Positions 1 to 12,352 of a stretch of DNA of 64,000 nucleotides are shown piece by piece (the first letter of the stretch is position 1; every line of letters begins with the position of its first letter). The notes under the pieces are model-generated. The model was given only the letters and a program-made list of their open reading frames with translations, ran no database searches and was not told where the DNA came from. The stretch lies in the NCBI RefSeq assembly GCF_018350175.1, contig NC_058368.1:23934001-23998000 (forward strand), in the 5' to 3' direction. The DNA comes from Felis catus. Taxonomy: Eukaryota. The position numbers were made by a program, and so were the translations under genes.

Positions 1-1680
1 AGTCTGCTAGAACTGATACATGAATTTAGCAAAGTTTCAGGATACAAAATCAATGTACAGAAATCAGTTGCATTCTTATACACTAATAATGAAGCAACAG
101 AAAGACAAATAAAGAAACTGATCCTATTCACAATTGCACCAAGAAGCATAAAATACCTAGGAATACATCTAACCAAAGATGTACAAGATCTGTATGCTGA
201 AAACTACAGAAAGCTTATGAAGGAAATTGAAGAAGATATAAAGAAATGGAAAGACATTCCCTGCTCATGGATTGGAAGAATAAATATTGTCAAAATGTCA
301 ATACTACCCAAAGCTATCTACACATTCAATGCAATCCCAATCAAAATTGCACCAGCATTCTTCTCAAAACTAGAACAAGCAATCCTAAAATTCATATGGA
401 ACCACAAAAGGCCCCGAATAGCCAAAGGAATTTTGAAGAAGAAGACCAAAGCAGGAGGCATCACAATCCCTGACTTTAGCCTCTACTACAAAGCTGTAAT
501 CATCAAGACAGCATGGTATTGGCACAAAAACAGACACATAGACCAATGGAATAGAATAGAGACTCCAGAACTGGACCCACAAACGTATGGCCAACTCATC
601 TTTGACAAAGCAGGAAAGAACATCCAATGGAAAAAAGACAGTCTCTTTAACAAATGGTGCTGGGAGAACTGGACAGCAACATGCAGAAGATTGAAACTAG
701 ACCACTTTCTCACATCATTCACAAAAATAAACCCAAAATGGATAAAGGACCTGAATGTGAGACAGGAAACCATCAATACCCTAGAGGAGAAAGCAGGAAA
801 AGACCTCTCTGACCTCAGCCGTAGCAATTTCTTACTTGACACATCCCCAAAGGCAAGGGAATTGAAAGCAAAAATGAACTACTGGGACCTTATGAAGATA
901 AAAAGCTTCTGCACAGCAAAGGAAACAACCAACAAAACTAAAAGGCAACCAACGGAATGGGAAAAGATATTTGCAAATGACATATCGGACAAAGGGCTAG
1001 TATCCAAAATCTATAAAGAGCTCACCAAACTCCACACCCGAAAAACAAATAACCCAGTGAAGAAATGGGCAGAAAACATGAATAGATACTTCTCTAAAGA
1101 AGACATCCGGATGGCCAACAGGCACATGAAAAGATGCTCAACGTCGCTCCTTATCAGGGAAATACAAATCAAAACCACACTCAGATATCACCTCACGCCA
1201 GTCAGAGTGGCCAAAATGAACAAATCAGGAGACTATAGATGCTGGAGAGGATGTGGAGAAACGGGAACCCTCTTGCACTGTTGGTGGGAATGCAAACTGG
1301 TGCAGCCACTCTGGAAAACAGTGTGGAGGTTTCTCAGAAAATTAAAAATAGACCTACCCTATGACCCAGCAATAGCACTGCTAGGAATTTACCCAAGGGA
1401 TACAGAAGTACTGATGCATAGGGGCACTTGTACCCCAATGTTTATAGCAGCACTCTCAACAATAGCCAAAGTATGGAAAGACCCTAAATGTCCATCAACT
1501 GACGAATGGATAAAGAAATTGTGGTTTATATACACAATGGAGTACTACGTGGCAATGAGAAAGAATGAAATATGGCCTTTTGCAGCAACGTGGATGGAAC
1601 TGTAGAGTGTGACGCTAAGTGAAATAAGCCATACAAACAAAGACAGATACCATATGGTTTCACTCTTATGTGGATCCTGA
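1..1680 (+). pseudogene. L1 ORF2p (end of reverse transcriptase domain and C-terminal Cys-rich domain), partial, with premature TAG at 1603-1605; expected stop TGA at 1678-1680
   Basis: Translation [22 protein letters not shown]...IKYLGIHLT...[18 protein letters not shown]...WMEL*SVTLSEISHTNKDRYHMVSLLCGS*. Confidence 0.93.
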
Positions 1681-1912
1681 GAAACTTAACAGAAACCCAT
1701 GGGGGAGGGGAAGGAAAAAAAAGAGGTTTAAAGTGGAAGAGAGCCAAAGCATAAGAGACTCTTAAAAACGGAGGACAAACTGAGGGTTGATGGGGGGTGG
1801 GAGGGAGAGGAGGGCACCTTTTGGGATGAGCACTGGGTGTTGTATGGAAACCAATTTGACAATAAACTTCATATATTGAAAAAAAAACTTTTCATACATT
1901 AAAAAAAAAGAA
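1..1912 (+). mobile_element. Young felid LINE-1, 3' part (ORF2 C-terminal half, 3' UTR, poly-A); runs off the left edge
   Basis: Frame 1 is open from base 1 with typical ORF2 sequence; G-rich 3' UTR (1700-1820), AATAAA at 1861-1866, A-rich tail to ~1912. Confidence 0.97.
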
Positions 1913-2660
1913 AACATGAAAATCATACATAAAATGAATGAAAACAAAAATTGGTTCTTTGAAGAGATCGATATAATTGATAACCTATAGCCAGGCTAAC
2001 CAAGAAAAACAAGAGAGAAGACAGAAATTACATCAGAAAATGAAAGACTGGCCATCATTACTGATCCAATGGACATTAAAAGGAGTATTATAAATAATTT
2101 TATGCCCCCAAATTAGAGAATTTAGGTGAAGTAGACCTATTCCCTAAAAGACAATGTAACATTACTGACACCAGGAGGAGTAAATAATCCATACAAGTCT
2201 ATAGCTATTAAAGATACTTAATCAATGATTAACAATCTGCCCAAACCAGAAAGCACCAGGGAGAGACACTTTAACTGTGAATTGTAGCATTTAAATAAGA
2301 AATGATACCAATTTTCTACATTGTTTTCCAGAAAATTGAAGTAGAGAGAACGCTTCTTAATTCATTCTATGAGGCCAGCATGACCTAAACACCTAAACCA
2401 CAAAGACATTACAAAAAAAGGTGGGGGGGGGGGGGGGGAGGAAAAGATACAGACCGGGACTTTTCAGGTAGATGTAAAAAACTACCAAATATTAGCAATT
2501 TGAATTCAACAATATATTAAAAGAATTATTTATTATATGTCAAGTATGCCTTAATAAAAAAAACCATACATCATCATGACCAGGGAGGATTCATTTCAGG
2601 TATGCAAGACTTGTTCAACAACTAAAAGTCAAACCATCACATCATTAGGCGAAGAAAAAA

Positions 2661-2840
2661 GTCAGGGAGGGAGCCAAACTAAACAGACTCTTAAAAACTG
2701 AGAACAACATGAGGGTTGATGGGGGGTGGGAGGGAGGGGAGAGTGGGTGATGGGTATTGAGGAGGGCACCTGTTGGGATGAACACTGGGTGTTGTATGGA
2801 AACCAATTTGACAATAAATTTCATATTTAAAAAAAGAAAA
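2661..2840 (+). mobile_element. Severely 5'-truncated felid L1 (3' UTR only) inserted in the old L1
   Basis: Closely similar to 3' UTR 1730-1880; AATAAA then A tail; probable AAGAAAAA target-site duplication. Confidence 0.9.
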
Positions 2841-3372
2841 ACAATCATATAATGTTATCAATAATGAAGAAAAAGCATTTGAGAAAACTCAACACCCATT
2901 CATTCAAGGTAAAACTTAGCAAACTAGAAGAGAGAACTTTTACAATTTGGTAAAGAATATCTACAAAAAAAGCTATAGCTGACATCATTCTTGAGAGTAA
3001 GAAATTAGATCTTAATATGTGGAACAAGGTAAGAATGGCCCTTCTCACCACACTATTTAACATTATACTCAAAGTCCTAATTAATGCAGTTAAATGAGAC
3101 CAAAAAATAAAAGATAAACAGGTTGGAAGTCAAGAAATCAAATTGCCTTTGTTTGCAGATGAAATAGTTACCTATGTAGAATATCTAAATGAATCAACAT
3201 ATCCTAGAATTAATAATTATAGTAGGTTTGCTGAACACAAAGTTTATACATAAAACGCAATTTCTGTTCTACAAACCAGCAATGAAGAATGGAATTTGGA
3301 ATTAAAAGTACTACCATTTACACTATTAAAACCAGAAAAAAAAAAAACCCTTTGGTGTAAACCTAACAAAAA

Positions 3373-3908
3373 ATATATATGTATTTATATATACACTAAT
3401 AATTAATAATTACTGTAACAAATATATATTTACCTATATTTATATGTATTATTATGTATGTATACATTACATATATGTATGTATATATGTACATGCTATT
3501 ATATGTATTATATAATTATTGTATATTTTTATAATATATTTATAATATATGTAAATATATATTTATATTATATATAAATATTTTACATATAAAATTATAT
3601 ATATTATAATTATATATTATATAAATATATTATATGTTTAAATATAATATATATAATGTATATATTATATATAGTTAATATATCGTATATTATAATTTAT
3701 ATACATAATAGATATAATTTATATATAGAATATAGAATATATATAATATAGAATATATCCAATAACGGTGTATAATATATACACTATATAATAATTATCC
3801 ATAAGTATATATAATATATCCAATATAACATATAAATATATAACATATATAACATATATAATATATAAAATATATAATATATATAATATATAAAATATAT
3901 ATGTATAT
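3373..3908. repeat. AT-rich low-complexity (TA-dinucleotide-rich) expansion
   Basis: ~535 bp almost entirely A/T; interrupts L1 between ...CCTAACAAAA and GAAAACTACAAACACTGATG. Confidence 0.95.
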
Positions 3909-4180
3909 GGGAAAACTACAAACACTGATGAAAAAAATCCAAGATCTAAATTAATGGAGAGATGTTCGATGTCCACGGGATACAAATATGCATTATTTTT
4001 TAAGATGTCAATTCTTCTCAAATTGATTCTTGAAGTCAATGCAATTGCAATAAAAATCCAAGCAAGTTATTTGGTGGATACTGACAAACTGATTCTAAAG
4101 TTGTTACAAGTCCAAAAATATACAAACACCTAAAATGCAGCAATATGAAAACAATCCAATTTAAAAATGAAGAAGACATG

Positions 4181-4388
4181 GAGCGCCCGGGGGCTCAGTC
4201 GGTTGAGCATCTGACTTTGGCTCAGGTCATGATCTCATGGTTTGTGAATTTGAGCCCCACGTTGGGCTCACTGTTCTGCTGCTGTCAGTGCAGAGCCCAC
4301 TTCAGATCCTCTGTCCCCCTCTCTATCTGCCCCTCCACTGCTCAGGTGCACTCTCCTTCTCAAAAATAAACCAACATTTATGTATATA
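4181..4388 (+). mobile_element. Carnivore tRNA-derived SINE (Can-SINE)
   Basis: Head GAGCGCCCGGGGGCTCAGTCGGTTGAGC, CT-rich tract, AATAAA; TSD AAAAATGAAgAAGAcATG at 4163-4180 and 4389-4406. Confidence 0.95.
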
Positions 4389-5769
4389 AAAAATGAACAA
4401 GATATGTAACAGGTCCCTTGCCAAAGGACCCCTTGCCAAAGAATATATACAGAAGGGAAATAAGTTCATGAAAAGAAACTGATCGTATGTCATTATGGCA
4501 CTGAAAATTAAAACAATGAGATGCCATTACATACCCATTAGAATTACTAAAATCCAAAACACTGATAGCACCGTGTGCTGGTGAGAATGTGAAGCAAAGG
4601 GAACTTTCAGTTTTGCACGGGAATCCAAAATGGTACCGCCACTTTGGTCAACAGTCTGGCACTTTCTAATAAAGGTAAACATAATCTTACCTTAGGATCT
4701 TGCCTTCCAGTTATTTAGGCGTTAAAAACATACATCCATATAAAGACCTGAACGTGAATGCTTATAGATTAATTGCCCCGAAATTGGAAGCAAACAAGGT
4801 GTACTTCAACAGGTGAAAGGATAAACAAATCAAGGTGCACCCACAGAATGTGACATCAAGAAAAATGTCTCAAGCCACAGAGAGACATGAAGAAATCTTA
4901 AATGTAGAGTGCTAAGTGAAAACAGTCTGTCTGAAAGGGCTACAAACTGATCCCAAATATATAGCATGGCAGAAAAGGCAAAGCTATAGAGATAGTAATA
5001 ATAATAATAATAATAAAGTGATGGCCAGGAGGGATGAATAGGGGAGCAAAGGGATTTTAGGCCAGTGCAACTATTCCATCCATGACACTATGCATTTGTC
5101 AAAACCCATAGAACTATAGAGCATAGTGATCCTTAACACAAAGTCTAGAATTTATATAGTAATAATTTGTCAACATTGGTTCATTAATTGCAACAAATAC
5201 AACACCAATTCAGGATATGAATAAAGAAAATTGTGGGCAGGTATAGGCCCAGGAAGAATGCAGAGTCAGGATATATGGGAAGTTTCTCTACCTTCTGCGT
5301 AACTTTTCCATAAATCTGCAACTGTTCTAAAAAATAAAATCCACTAAAAAAAAAAAGAGGTGGGGGAGAGAAGCAGGAAAGGTTGTGCAATACCTCTCCT
5401 CACAATGGCCCAGATAGTTGCTTTGTATGTTCTATATGGTGGTTGTCAGAGCCCACGTCATTGTGGAAGGCTGAGTAGTGTTTTTGGCATTATTGGATTT
5501 TGCCTCCCTACAAAACAATGTGAGTGAAGACACCTTGTAACCAATAGTTGATTAATCCTGATATAACGTAAGCAGACAGAACAGTGAATGGAGAATATAA
5601 AAAGGGAACTATAAAGAACACTGTATTTCTCATAATTTTCACTATTTGGGCAGACGAGATACCTACATGTAAAAATTCACATCTGCACATAAAGACTTCA
5701 GTATAAGCTACTCATTAAGGATTGCTACGTAATAAGATATTGCATTGCTACGTGTGCATTATGTACATG

Positions 5770-5975
5770 ATGGAGGGCAAGGAGGGCAGAAAAGGCAAAT
5801 TTAAATATTATAGTCAAGGTAGGTCACTTTGAGAACCTTTGAGGAAGCATAAGTTTATTCAAATTTGAGAAGCTTTCCAGATAGAGGCCACAGAAAGCGC
5901 AAAGGCTCTGAGGTCAGAAGGAGTTTAGAGGTTTTTTGTTTGTTTTTTTGAATAAAGGTGCCCCATGTGACTTAT
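5770..5975 (-). mobile_element. L2 fragment
   Basis: TTCCAGATAGAGGCCACAGAAAGCGCAAAGGCTCTGAGG resembles the reverse strand of the L2 3' region. Confidence 0.55.
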
Positions 5976-6394
5976 ACACCAATATTTAAGTTATTCTCTA
6001 ATACATGTATTATATAATTGTTACCTCATGCAATATCTTTGCTTTTGTTCATTCCTCAGCCTAGAACAGTTTTCATCTTATATATTAAAATTTACTCTGA
6101 AGACCCAACACAGATGTTTCCTACTCCATGGCATTTCTTATTGTACTGTTTTGATATCCCAATCAAAATTATTTAATATTATCCATTTATTATAATTAGC
6201 TGTTTGCATGTTTTCTTTCTTCAGTGGGTAAATAACATGTAAGACTGGATTAAAAAAATGCTTCTCCAATTTAAATCAATGTTCTACTCTTACTGATTAG
6301 TCAAGAAACTTTCATAAGACCCCAAGGATTAGAAGAGACCTTATCTTTTTCTTTGTCAGTTTATTAGAAGCACTAATATAACTAATGTATCAAG

Positions 6395-6526
6395 AATTTC
6401 AAGTATAAGAGATCTGCTGTATAACACTGTACCATGGTCAACAATATTGCACACTAAAAATTTTGTTAAGAAGGTATAGCTCATCTGAAATGTTTTTACC
6501 ACAATAAAGCAAAATTAAAAAAAAAA
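6395..6526 (+). mobile_element. Short L1 3'-end fragment (L1MA/L1MB-like)
   Basis: AGAGATCTGCTGTATAACACTGT...TTGTTAAGAAGGTA...TTACCACAATAAA plus A tract. Confidence 0.75.
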
Positions 6527-6976
6527 CGTTTTCAGGACATGTATACAAGAAAAGGATGTAACCTCATTGCAACACCCCCCCCAAAAAAAATTACATCACA
6601 AATGGTATCCAGTCAATAGTCTCTACTAAAACATATTTTAACTTCTCACTAAAATACTAACATACCGAAAAAAAAAGATGAAAACTCCTAATACTACATG
6701 AAAGAAATTTAAGAAAGTTATAGAATTTAGGAGGTCTTGGCATTAATTGTAAAGTAGATAAACACTGGACTGAGAAAAACCTATCTAGTTTTTAGTTCAT
6801 GGGAGACACAGAATGTGCATTCTGAAATAGAAGGTGCTACACAAAAATGAGGAACACTCTGTACCTCCACAGTCTAGAAAACTGGAATAGGATTCTCCCC
6901 TTCCCTGCTTCATGGTAAGGTGGAAAGAATGTGCTCTACCCTTCTCATCCCCACTCTATTTCCTGTTCTTGTCATT

Positions 6977-7150
6977 CTTTTTTTTTTAATAAAGTATAAT
7001 TGACATTTAATATCTTATTAGCTTCAGGCATACATCATAGTGATTTGACATTTTTATATAATACAAAATGATCTCCACAATAAATCTAGTTACCATCTGT
7101 CACCAAAGTTATTACAATATTACTGACTCTATTCCCTATACTGTACATCA
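6977..7150 (-). mobile_element. Short L1 3'-end fragment
   Basis: T tract, then AAAGTATAATTGACAT...CATCATAGTGATTTGACA...CTAGTTACCATCTGTCACCA. Confidence 0.75.
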
Positions 7151-9386
7151 TTCTTTACAACTGTGTTCATTGGGAAATCTACATGTATAAACATAAATTT
7201 GAAGACAAATAATAAAAGTGAAATTAATACTACTACCCAGCCTAGACATGAGGTCTAAGTTCTAGGGACTCATTCACCTACTCTGCTCCACTGCCTGTTG
7301 CTTGGGGAGGAGGGCCAGGAAAGTATAGGACACTCCAATGTTTTTAGGGGTAATTAATTCTGAGTTAGGTCTGATACGCTGTGCTCCAGGCATAAAGGGT
7401 CTAGCAGCCTGGAAAAGTTCACATCTTTCAAGTCTATGACTTTCTTTCATTTCACAGAGGACACTGAGCTAGGCAGGTATTGTCATTTAAAAAAATAATA
7501 ATGTAAATGAAGGAAAGGAAGATTAACTCTTGGTACATAACAAGTTGTTTCACGTGTGTTTGTTAAACGAATTCGTGATGGCTTTTTATAATTCACAACG
7601 CAATTTTGGGGTCAAGGATTTTGGAAATCCTTACAATTGTCCTGTGAATTACTGTATTTTTCTTACCTATACCTTCTTGAACAGTACCCACAATTGGTCT
7701 TCACTTAATTATATGCAAAAACCAGTCTTAGAAAGGTGAACAGTTAAAATAACTTTATGGGAAAAGGTGAACTTTTTTCAGTTTTTGTAACTGATAAAAC
7801 TGAAGTATTTTGTAGTCAAATAATAGTTTCTCTTATGAAAGTTTTATGAAATTCATTCCTTTAGTCTGACTTTTAAACTTTTGTAGCTCTGCACTTTCAT
7901 ATGCTATCTTTTATGAAGCTGCTTGTGTCATTATTTTATTTTGCCATGAACTGACATTTACAAAAGATCACGAACAGAGATACTCAGGGCTTATGATGCT
8001 AAAGAAATTTCATTTCATCATTTCTAAAACCTGGCTCTAGAAAGTATCCACATAATAAATTTTGTAAAGGAAACAACTACCCTATGAAGATTGTTTGTAA
8101 TTAATATGATGGTATATTTTAGAAGTCTCAGCAATGACAAAGGAGAAACTTCACCAAAAAGCTCAAGTTATTCATTGCTATCCAATATAAGGGAAATTAA
8201 CTTTAATTATTTAAAAAAAAACCTATTATTTATTCAGCTCTGTAATGTTCATGTCTTGCAGATGTCAATTTTGTGGAGGAGACAAGATACGCACATGTAG
8301 ATAACAATACAAGTATTGGTGTGTAATTAAGTGCTAAAGAGAAGCACTCAGTGAATATTACAATAATCAGGGCAAAGAAAGATCATTGATTGAAGAAAAG
8401 ACTGAAAAAGTGAAGTTGTAACTGATCCTCAAAAGATGGAAATGCTTTGAACAGATGGGCAGATAAGGGAGGGTATGACAGTTTGGTAGAACAGCTTAAG
8501 TTGAATATGAACCTATGAAAGCAGGGTTTTTTGAGAAAAATAAAATGCAGTGATAGGCTAATTGTCTTTAATTTAGGTTAACAGAATCTCCCAATTAGAA
8601 GGTACAAATTTTCTTCTGGTTCCATCCTTGCTATGCTCATTAATCCCCTCTACAGCATTCTTAGCAAATGGCCACCCAACCCTTGCTTTGATACCTTCAA
8701 TATTATTCGTCTGGTTGCATTGCCACACTGCCCTAGACATTACAAGATTACTCTTTGCATCAGGCCCAAATCCTATGCCTGTAATTTCTACTCATCAGTT
8801 CTTATTTCGTCTTCCATAAATAAGTCTTTGTAAAATTGCTTAAATCCCTTCAGATGCTTATGCAGATATCTAGTTGTCCCACTGGCAGTTATTCTACCAC
8901 TAAAATTAAGTATCAGGGACAGAATGTAGAGCTGACCTCAAGCCACTGTGAAGAGAACAGTCATATTCTTCAGTGAAAAATAACTCAAAGAGCCAGAGAT
9001 TAACATGTGATGGACCATAAGCCAAGCAAATGGTGGGGAATTACTCCAAAATAAACTGAAAGTGTCTGCTATCACTTCCATGAAAGGGACCAAGAGAAAT
9101 AATTCAGAGCAGTCAGAAATGTTTTTTCTCCCTCCAGTCCCTTTTTGCTTGTCTTCATTTACAGAAAAGGCCAAAAAGGCCCTATATTCTCTGCTGATAG
9201 AATAAAAACACCAATTGGAAATGAACAAGATTCTGATCCTCAGTTCTCAATGAAAACCGTTTTCACTAGACAAGTAAACTCTGCAGCTATTCCAAACTCT
9301 ACTCTGCCAGTAATTTTCACCTTCATCTCCCATAAATCAAGTGTGATAGCTGCTGAAAAATAGGAAAATTGATTTGTAGGACTTAC

Positions 9387-9428
9387 ATTTTCCCCTTTCT
9401 CTCTGCAATGCTTCCTCCAGTGAAGGTG
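9387..9428 (-). CDS. Candidate 42-nt phase-1 exon (xPSLEEALQRERGK) of an unidentified gene
   Basis: Minus strand: ~70-nt pyrimidine-rich tract ending TTTTCATTAG | CACCTTCACTGGAGGAAGCATTGCAGAGAGAAAGGGGAAAAT | GTAAGT; length is a multiple of 3; not recognisably repeat-derived. Confidence 0.55.
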
Positions 9429-10183
9429 CTAATGAAAACGACAAAGGGTAGGAGGCAGATGGCCAGAAGTTGAGGGACAGAAGGAAAGGAAGGGAAAGGA
9501 GGTCAAAGAGTCAAGCTGGTGGATTGTCACATCTCTGAGTGTGGTAACTTCAGGTATCCACATGGCCACAGAGGCTTTCATCATTTGCCAAAGTCTCTGG
9601 GGTTCTCCATGTGCTTGCCATTCTCACTGCTGTAGTGAAACAACGTGAATGTACAATCAAACTAGTGGCCTTTAGCGTATGCAAACCTAAACATTGGACT
9701 AAAAGCAGCTTATCTATAAACATAGACCTCAGGGCCTAAAAAGCAACAACAACAACAAAAATGAAAAACAAACAAAAAACCCCAAGACTTCAGACCATTA
9801 ATTTAAGGATCTGTAAGAATACATAATACAAATTCCTTAGGACACATCAGCAAGGGGATATCACAAAGTCACTTTAATAGCAAGAACTCAAATGTTGCTA
9901 GGGCACACTACCTTTTACCAATGTGCAAGTCCAAGGGATGTTTGCCCATGTATTTGCCAGCCTGTTCATTTCTGAGGCTCCACTGAGCACAATGGTCTAC
10001 ACTTGTCTGCATCTTTTCAGCTTACACGGCAAAGCAGTCCCATCATGTACCTCCATCTCTTAAGTAGAAAAGTACATTAACAATCAGATACAGCTCCAGT
10101 GAGAACGAAGCTAAGACACAAAGTTGACTGTCAGAAACCAAGCTGTCTTGAGAGGTGTCCATCCAAATGAGAACTAGGGCTTT

Positions 10184-10653
10184 TGTGTTAGTTCCTCGTT
10201 GCCACTGTAACAGATCATCACAAACTTAGCAACTTAAAACAACACAAACTTATTATGATACTTAGGAAGCTCAGAATTCTGAACTGAGTCTTAAAGCGCT
10301 AAAATAAAGGTATCAGCTGGGCTGGTTCCCTCTAGAGGCTCCAGTGGAGAATCTGTTTCTTACCCCTTCCAGCTCCTAATGCTGTCCACATTCCTTGGCT
10401 TGTGGCCACATCACTCCAATATCTGCTTTGGTCATTGTAATGCTCTCTCCTCATTGGTAACCACATCTCCCTCTCCCACCCTCTTGTAAGGAAACTTTTG
10501 ATTGCCTTTAGGATCACCTGAATAACCAGGATATTTCCGCTATCTCAAGATCCTTAATCACATATGCAAAGGCCCTTTTGTCACAGAATCTGACATTCAC
10601 AGGCTCTAGGAACTAAGGCATGAATATTTTGGGAGTCATTACTCATCCTACAC
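10184..10653 (-). mobile_element. MaLR solo LTR (MLT1C/D-like)
   Basis: CACTGTAACAGATCATCACAAACTTAGCAACTTAAAACAACACAAA...TCTCAAGATCCTTAATCACAT...CATTACTCATCCTACA. Confidence 0.85.
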
Positions 10654-10789
10654 AGTTCCATTGCTGGATCAGACTTGAAATACTCGCTTCTGCTTCAGCA
10701 TTAGTTTTATGCCAACGTCTTAAAAGTGCCTGAAGAACATAGCCTTGACTTGAGCTGACAATGTACATTACTGACTTTGGTCAGACATT

Positions 10790-10950
10790 TTTTCAGGTAT
10801 TTCCTCACCTAACTGAAACCTATAAGCCACGATTATAGTCCCATTTTATAGATGAAGAGGTATACTGCTCAGATGAAAGTGCTTTGCCCAAGGTAACTCA
10901 ACCAGCAAGGGACAAAAAATGTGCTGGAATGCAGAGTCCTGCTTTCTCCA
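10790..10950 (-). mobile_element. MIR fragment
   Basis: CCCATTTTATAGATGAAGA...TTGCCCAAGGTAACTCA core. Confidence 0.7.
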
Positions 10951-11079
10951 TCAATGTGAAACCCCCCTGTTATTTTCACAAAGATGACAACCTGACCTTA
11001 CCTCAGTCTCCCCAGTTTATTTCTACTCTGGCTGGAGAACGTTCTTTCCTCATGCCACCATGTCCTGCACTGAATCTGG

Positions 11080-11625
11080 CTCCAGGCCACATCCAATATG
11101 TGAACTTCCAGGCCTGACCCTACACAACTCCAAGACTTTGGCTACCAAGCCCCAGGGAGGAAGGCTACCCATTCTACACCAGACTTGGTGCATAACCCAA
11201 CCCAATGCAATTTTTTGCAGGGAATTGCAGTTAAGGGTTTGACCTTCAACTCACCCCTTCTTTGACCAGCGACACATAGGCATATCTGCATTCTTAGCCT
11301 AGGTGCTTCCGTTCAGAGACCTCATTATCAGGGAGACTGTGACAGAGGTGCTTATCTCCACTTTGACTCAGTACTTTTACACTCGCAGCCCTCCCCACTC
11401 CATGGGTACACAGAGAGCCGGAAGTCTTTTGTGAGTTCTTCAGGAATGAGATGATTCCTCCTGTCTATGTTGCATTCCCTTGACTCTCATCCAGTGCTAT
11501 TCCCTGGGAAAAAATGCAACATTGGAGAGCTGGAGGCTCGTTTTGCCTCAATGTTGCAGTAAGCGAATAAAAGCTTGATTGTTATTTTTAGTGTGACTCA
11601 TTTCCCTTACCTCTCATGTGACTGC
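11080..11625 (+). mobile_element. Probable old ERV LTR fragment
   Basis: GC-richer island ending GTAAGCGAATAAAAGCTTGATTGTTATT, an LTR-like poly-A region; family not assigned. Confidence 0.4.
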
Positions 11626-11631
11626 TCAACA

Positions 11632-11641
11632 CAGACAGATA

Positions 11642-11676
<35 letters not shown>

Positions 11677-11681
11677 ACACA
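11632..11681. repeat. (CA)n microsatellite preceded by CAGA units
   Basis: Direct reading. Confidence 0.95.
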
Positions 11682-12232
11682 CCTGCCAGTTTTGCCCTTT
11701 CTCACTCTGTATATTCAATGCCTAATCACTTTTCTAATCCCAGTCTGATTCCCATCTTTTACCTATTCCTCTTTTACCTATGGTTTGTTCCCAATAGTTT
11801 ATTGTTCATTTGTCTACTATTGTCTATTGTTTCTGTTCCATAAAACCTAGTCTCACTTCCCTAAAGGATTTTCCTCTAATTTAAGTATATATTATCATGT
11901 ATCTTTAATAGTAACTCAACAAATACTTGACTATATAACCAATTTGTAAGAACCTATGGGAGAATGATTAACAGACTGTAGTATCATTGGTCCCTTTTGA
12001 ATGTAGACTCACTACAATCATAGTAGATTGTGGGCCATTTATGGAGCTACTGAAGACCAGATAAAAACTATCAATCTAGACTTAGTTCTCTTCTCCCTAA
12101 GTTCCCATTGGGATGTTACCATTTTATTTTAGGAGAAACTTATTTTTTCCTAAGGTATTCACGGCATGCATGCCATAACGGGATATTAAATGCCTGGGAG
12201 AAAGAGTTGCAAAGGAAGAAAAATTTTCTTAC

Positions 12233-12262
12233 CGGATGGAAATCCTGAAGCTGTTATCTGAA
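12233..12262 (-). CDS. Candidate 30-nt phase-1 microexon (xQITASGFPS)
   Basis: Minus strand: TGTCTTTCTCCGAAAG | TTCAGATAACAGCTTCAGGATTTCCATCCG | GTAAGA; TGCATG about 60 nt downstream; in frame with 9387-9428. Confidence 0.45.
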
Positions 12263-12330
12263 CTTTCGGAGAAAGACATGTGATGTATTAAGGATTAAAA
12301 ATACACTCTCCAAAGGATTCATTTTTAAGT

Positions 12331-12352
12331 ACACACACACACACACACACAC
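12331..12352. repeat. (AC)n microsatellite
   Basis: Direct reading. Confidence 0.95.

Larger units (their letters stand above)
1913..5356 (+). mobile_element. Old, decayed LINE-1 (L1MC/L1MD-like ORF2 fragments and 3' end) hosting later insertions
   Basis: ORF2 remnants (TGGTTCTTTGAAGAGATCGAT; TCATTCTATGAGGCCAGCAT; TTTGCAGATGA); L1MC/MD-type 3' end at ~5150-5340 followed by an A tract. Confidence 0.88.

Noticed and set aside
217..1605. 462-aa ORF as a host gene
   Set aside because: It is L1 ORF2; the ATG is internal and the frame is open from base 1
3719..4039. Hydrophobic Y/I-rich 106-aa ORF
   Set aside because: Translation of AT low-complexity DNA plus antisense L1
7667..7726. Minus-strand 60-nt AAG..GTAAGA segment as the next exon of the chain (would add YWFLHIIK*)
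   Set aside because: Stops in all three frames and a weak acceptor; cannot be supported without transcripts
9165..9273. Plus-strand exon candidate after CTTTTTGCTTGTCTTCATTTACAG
   Set aside because: Weak donor (GTAAAC), no recognisable peptide and no partner exons
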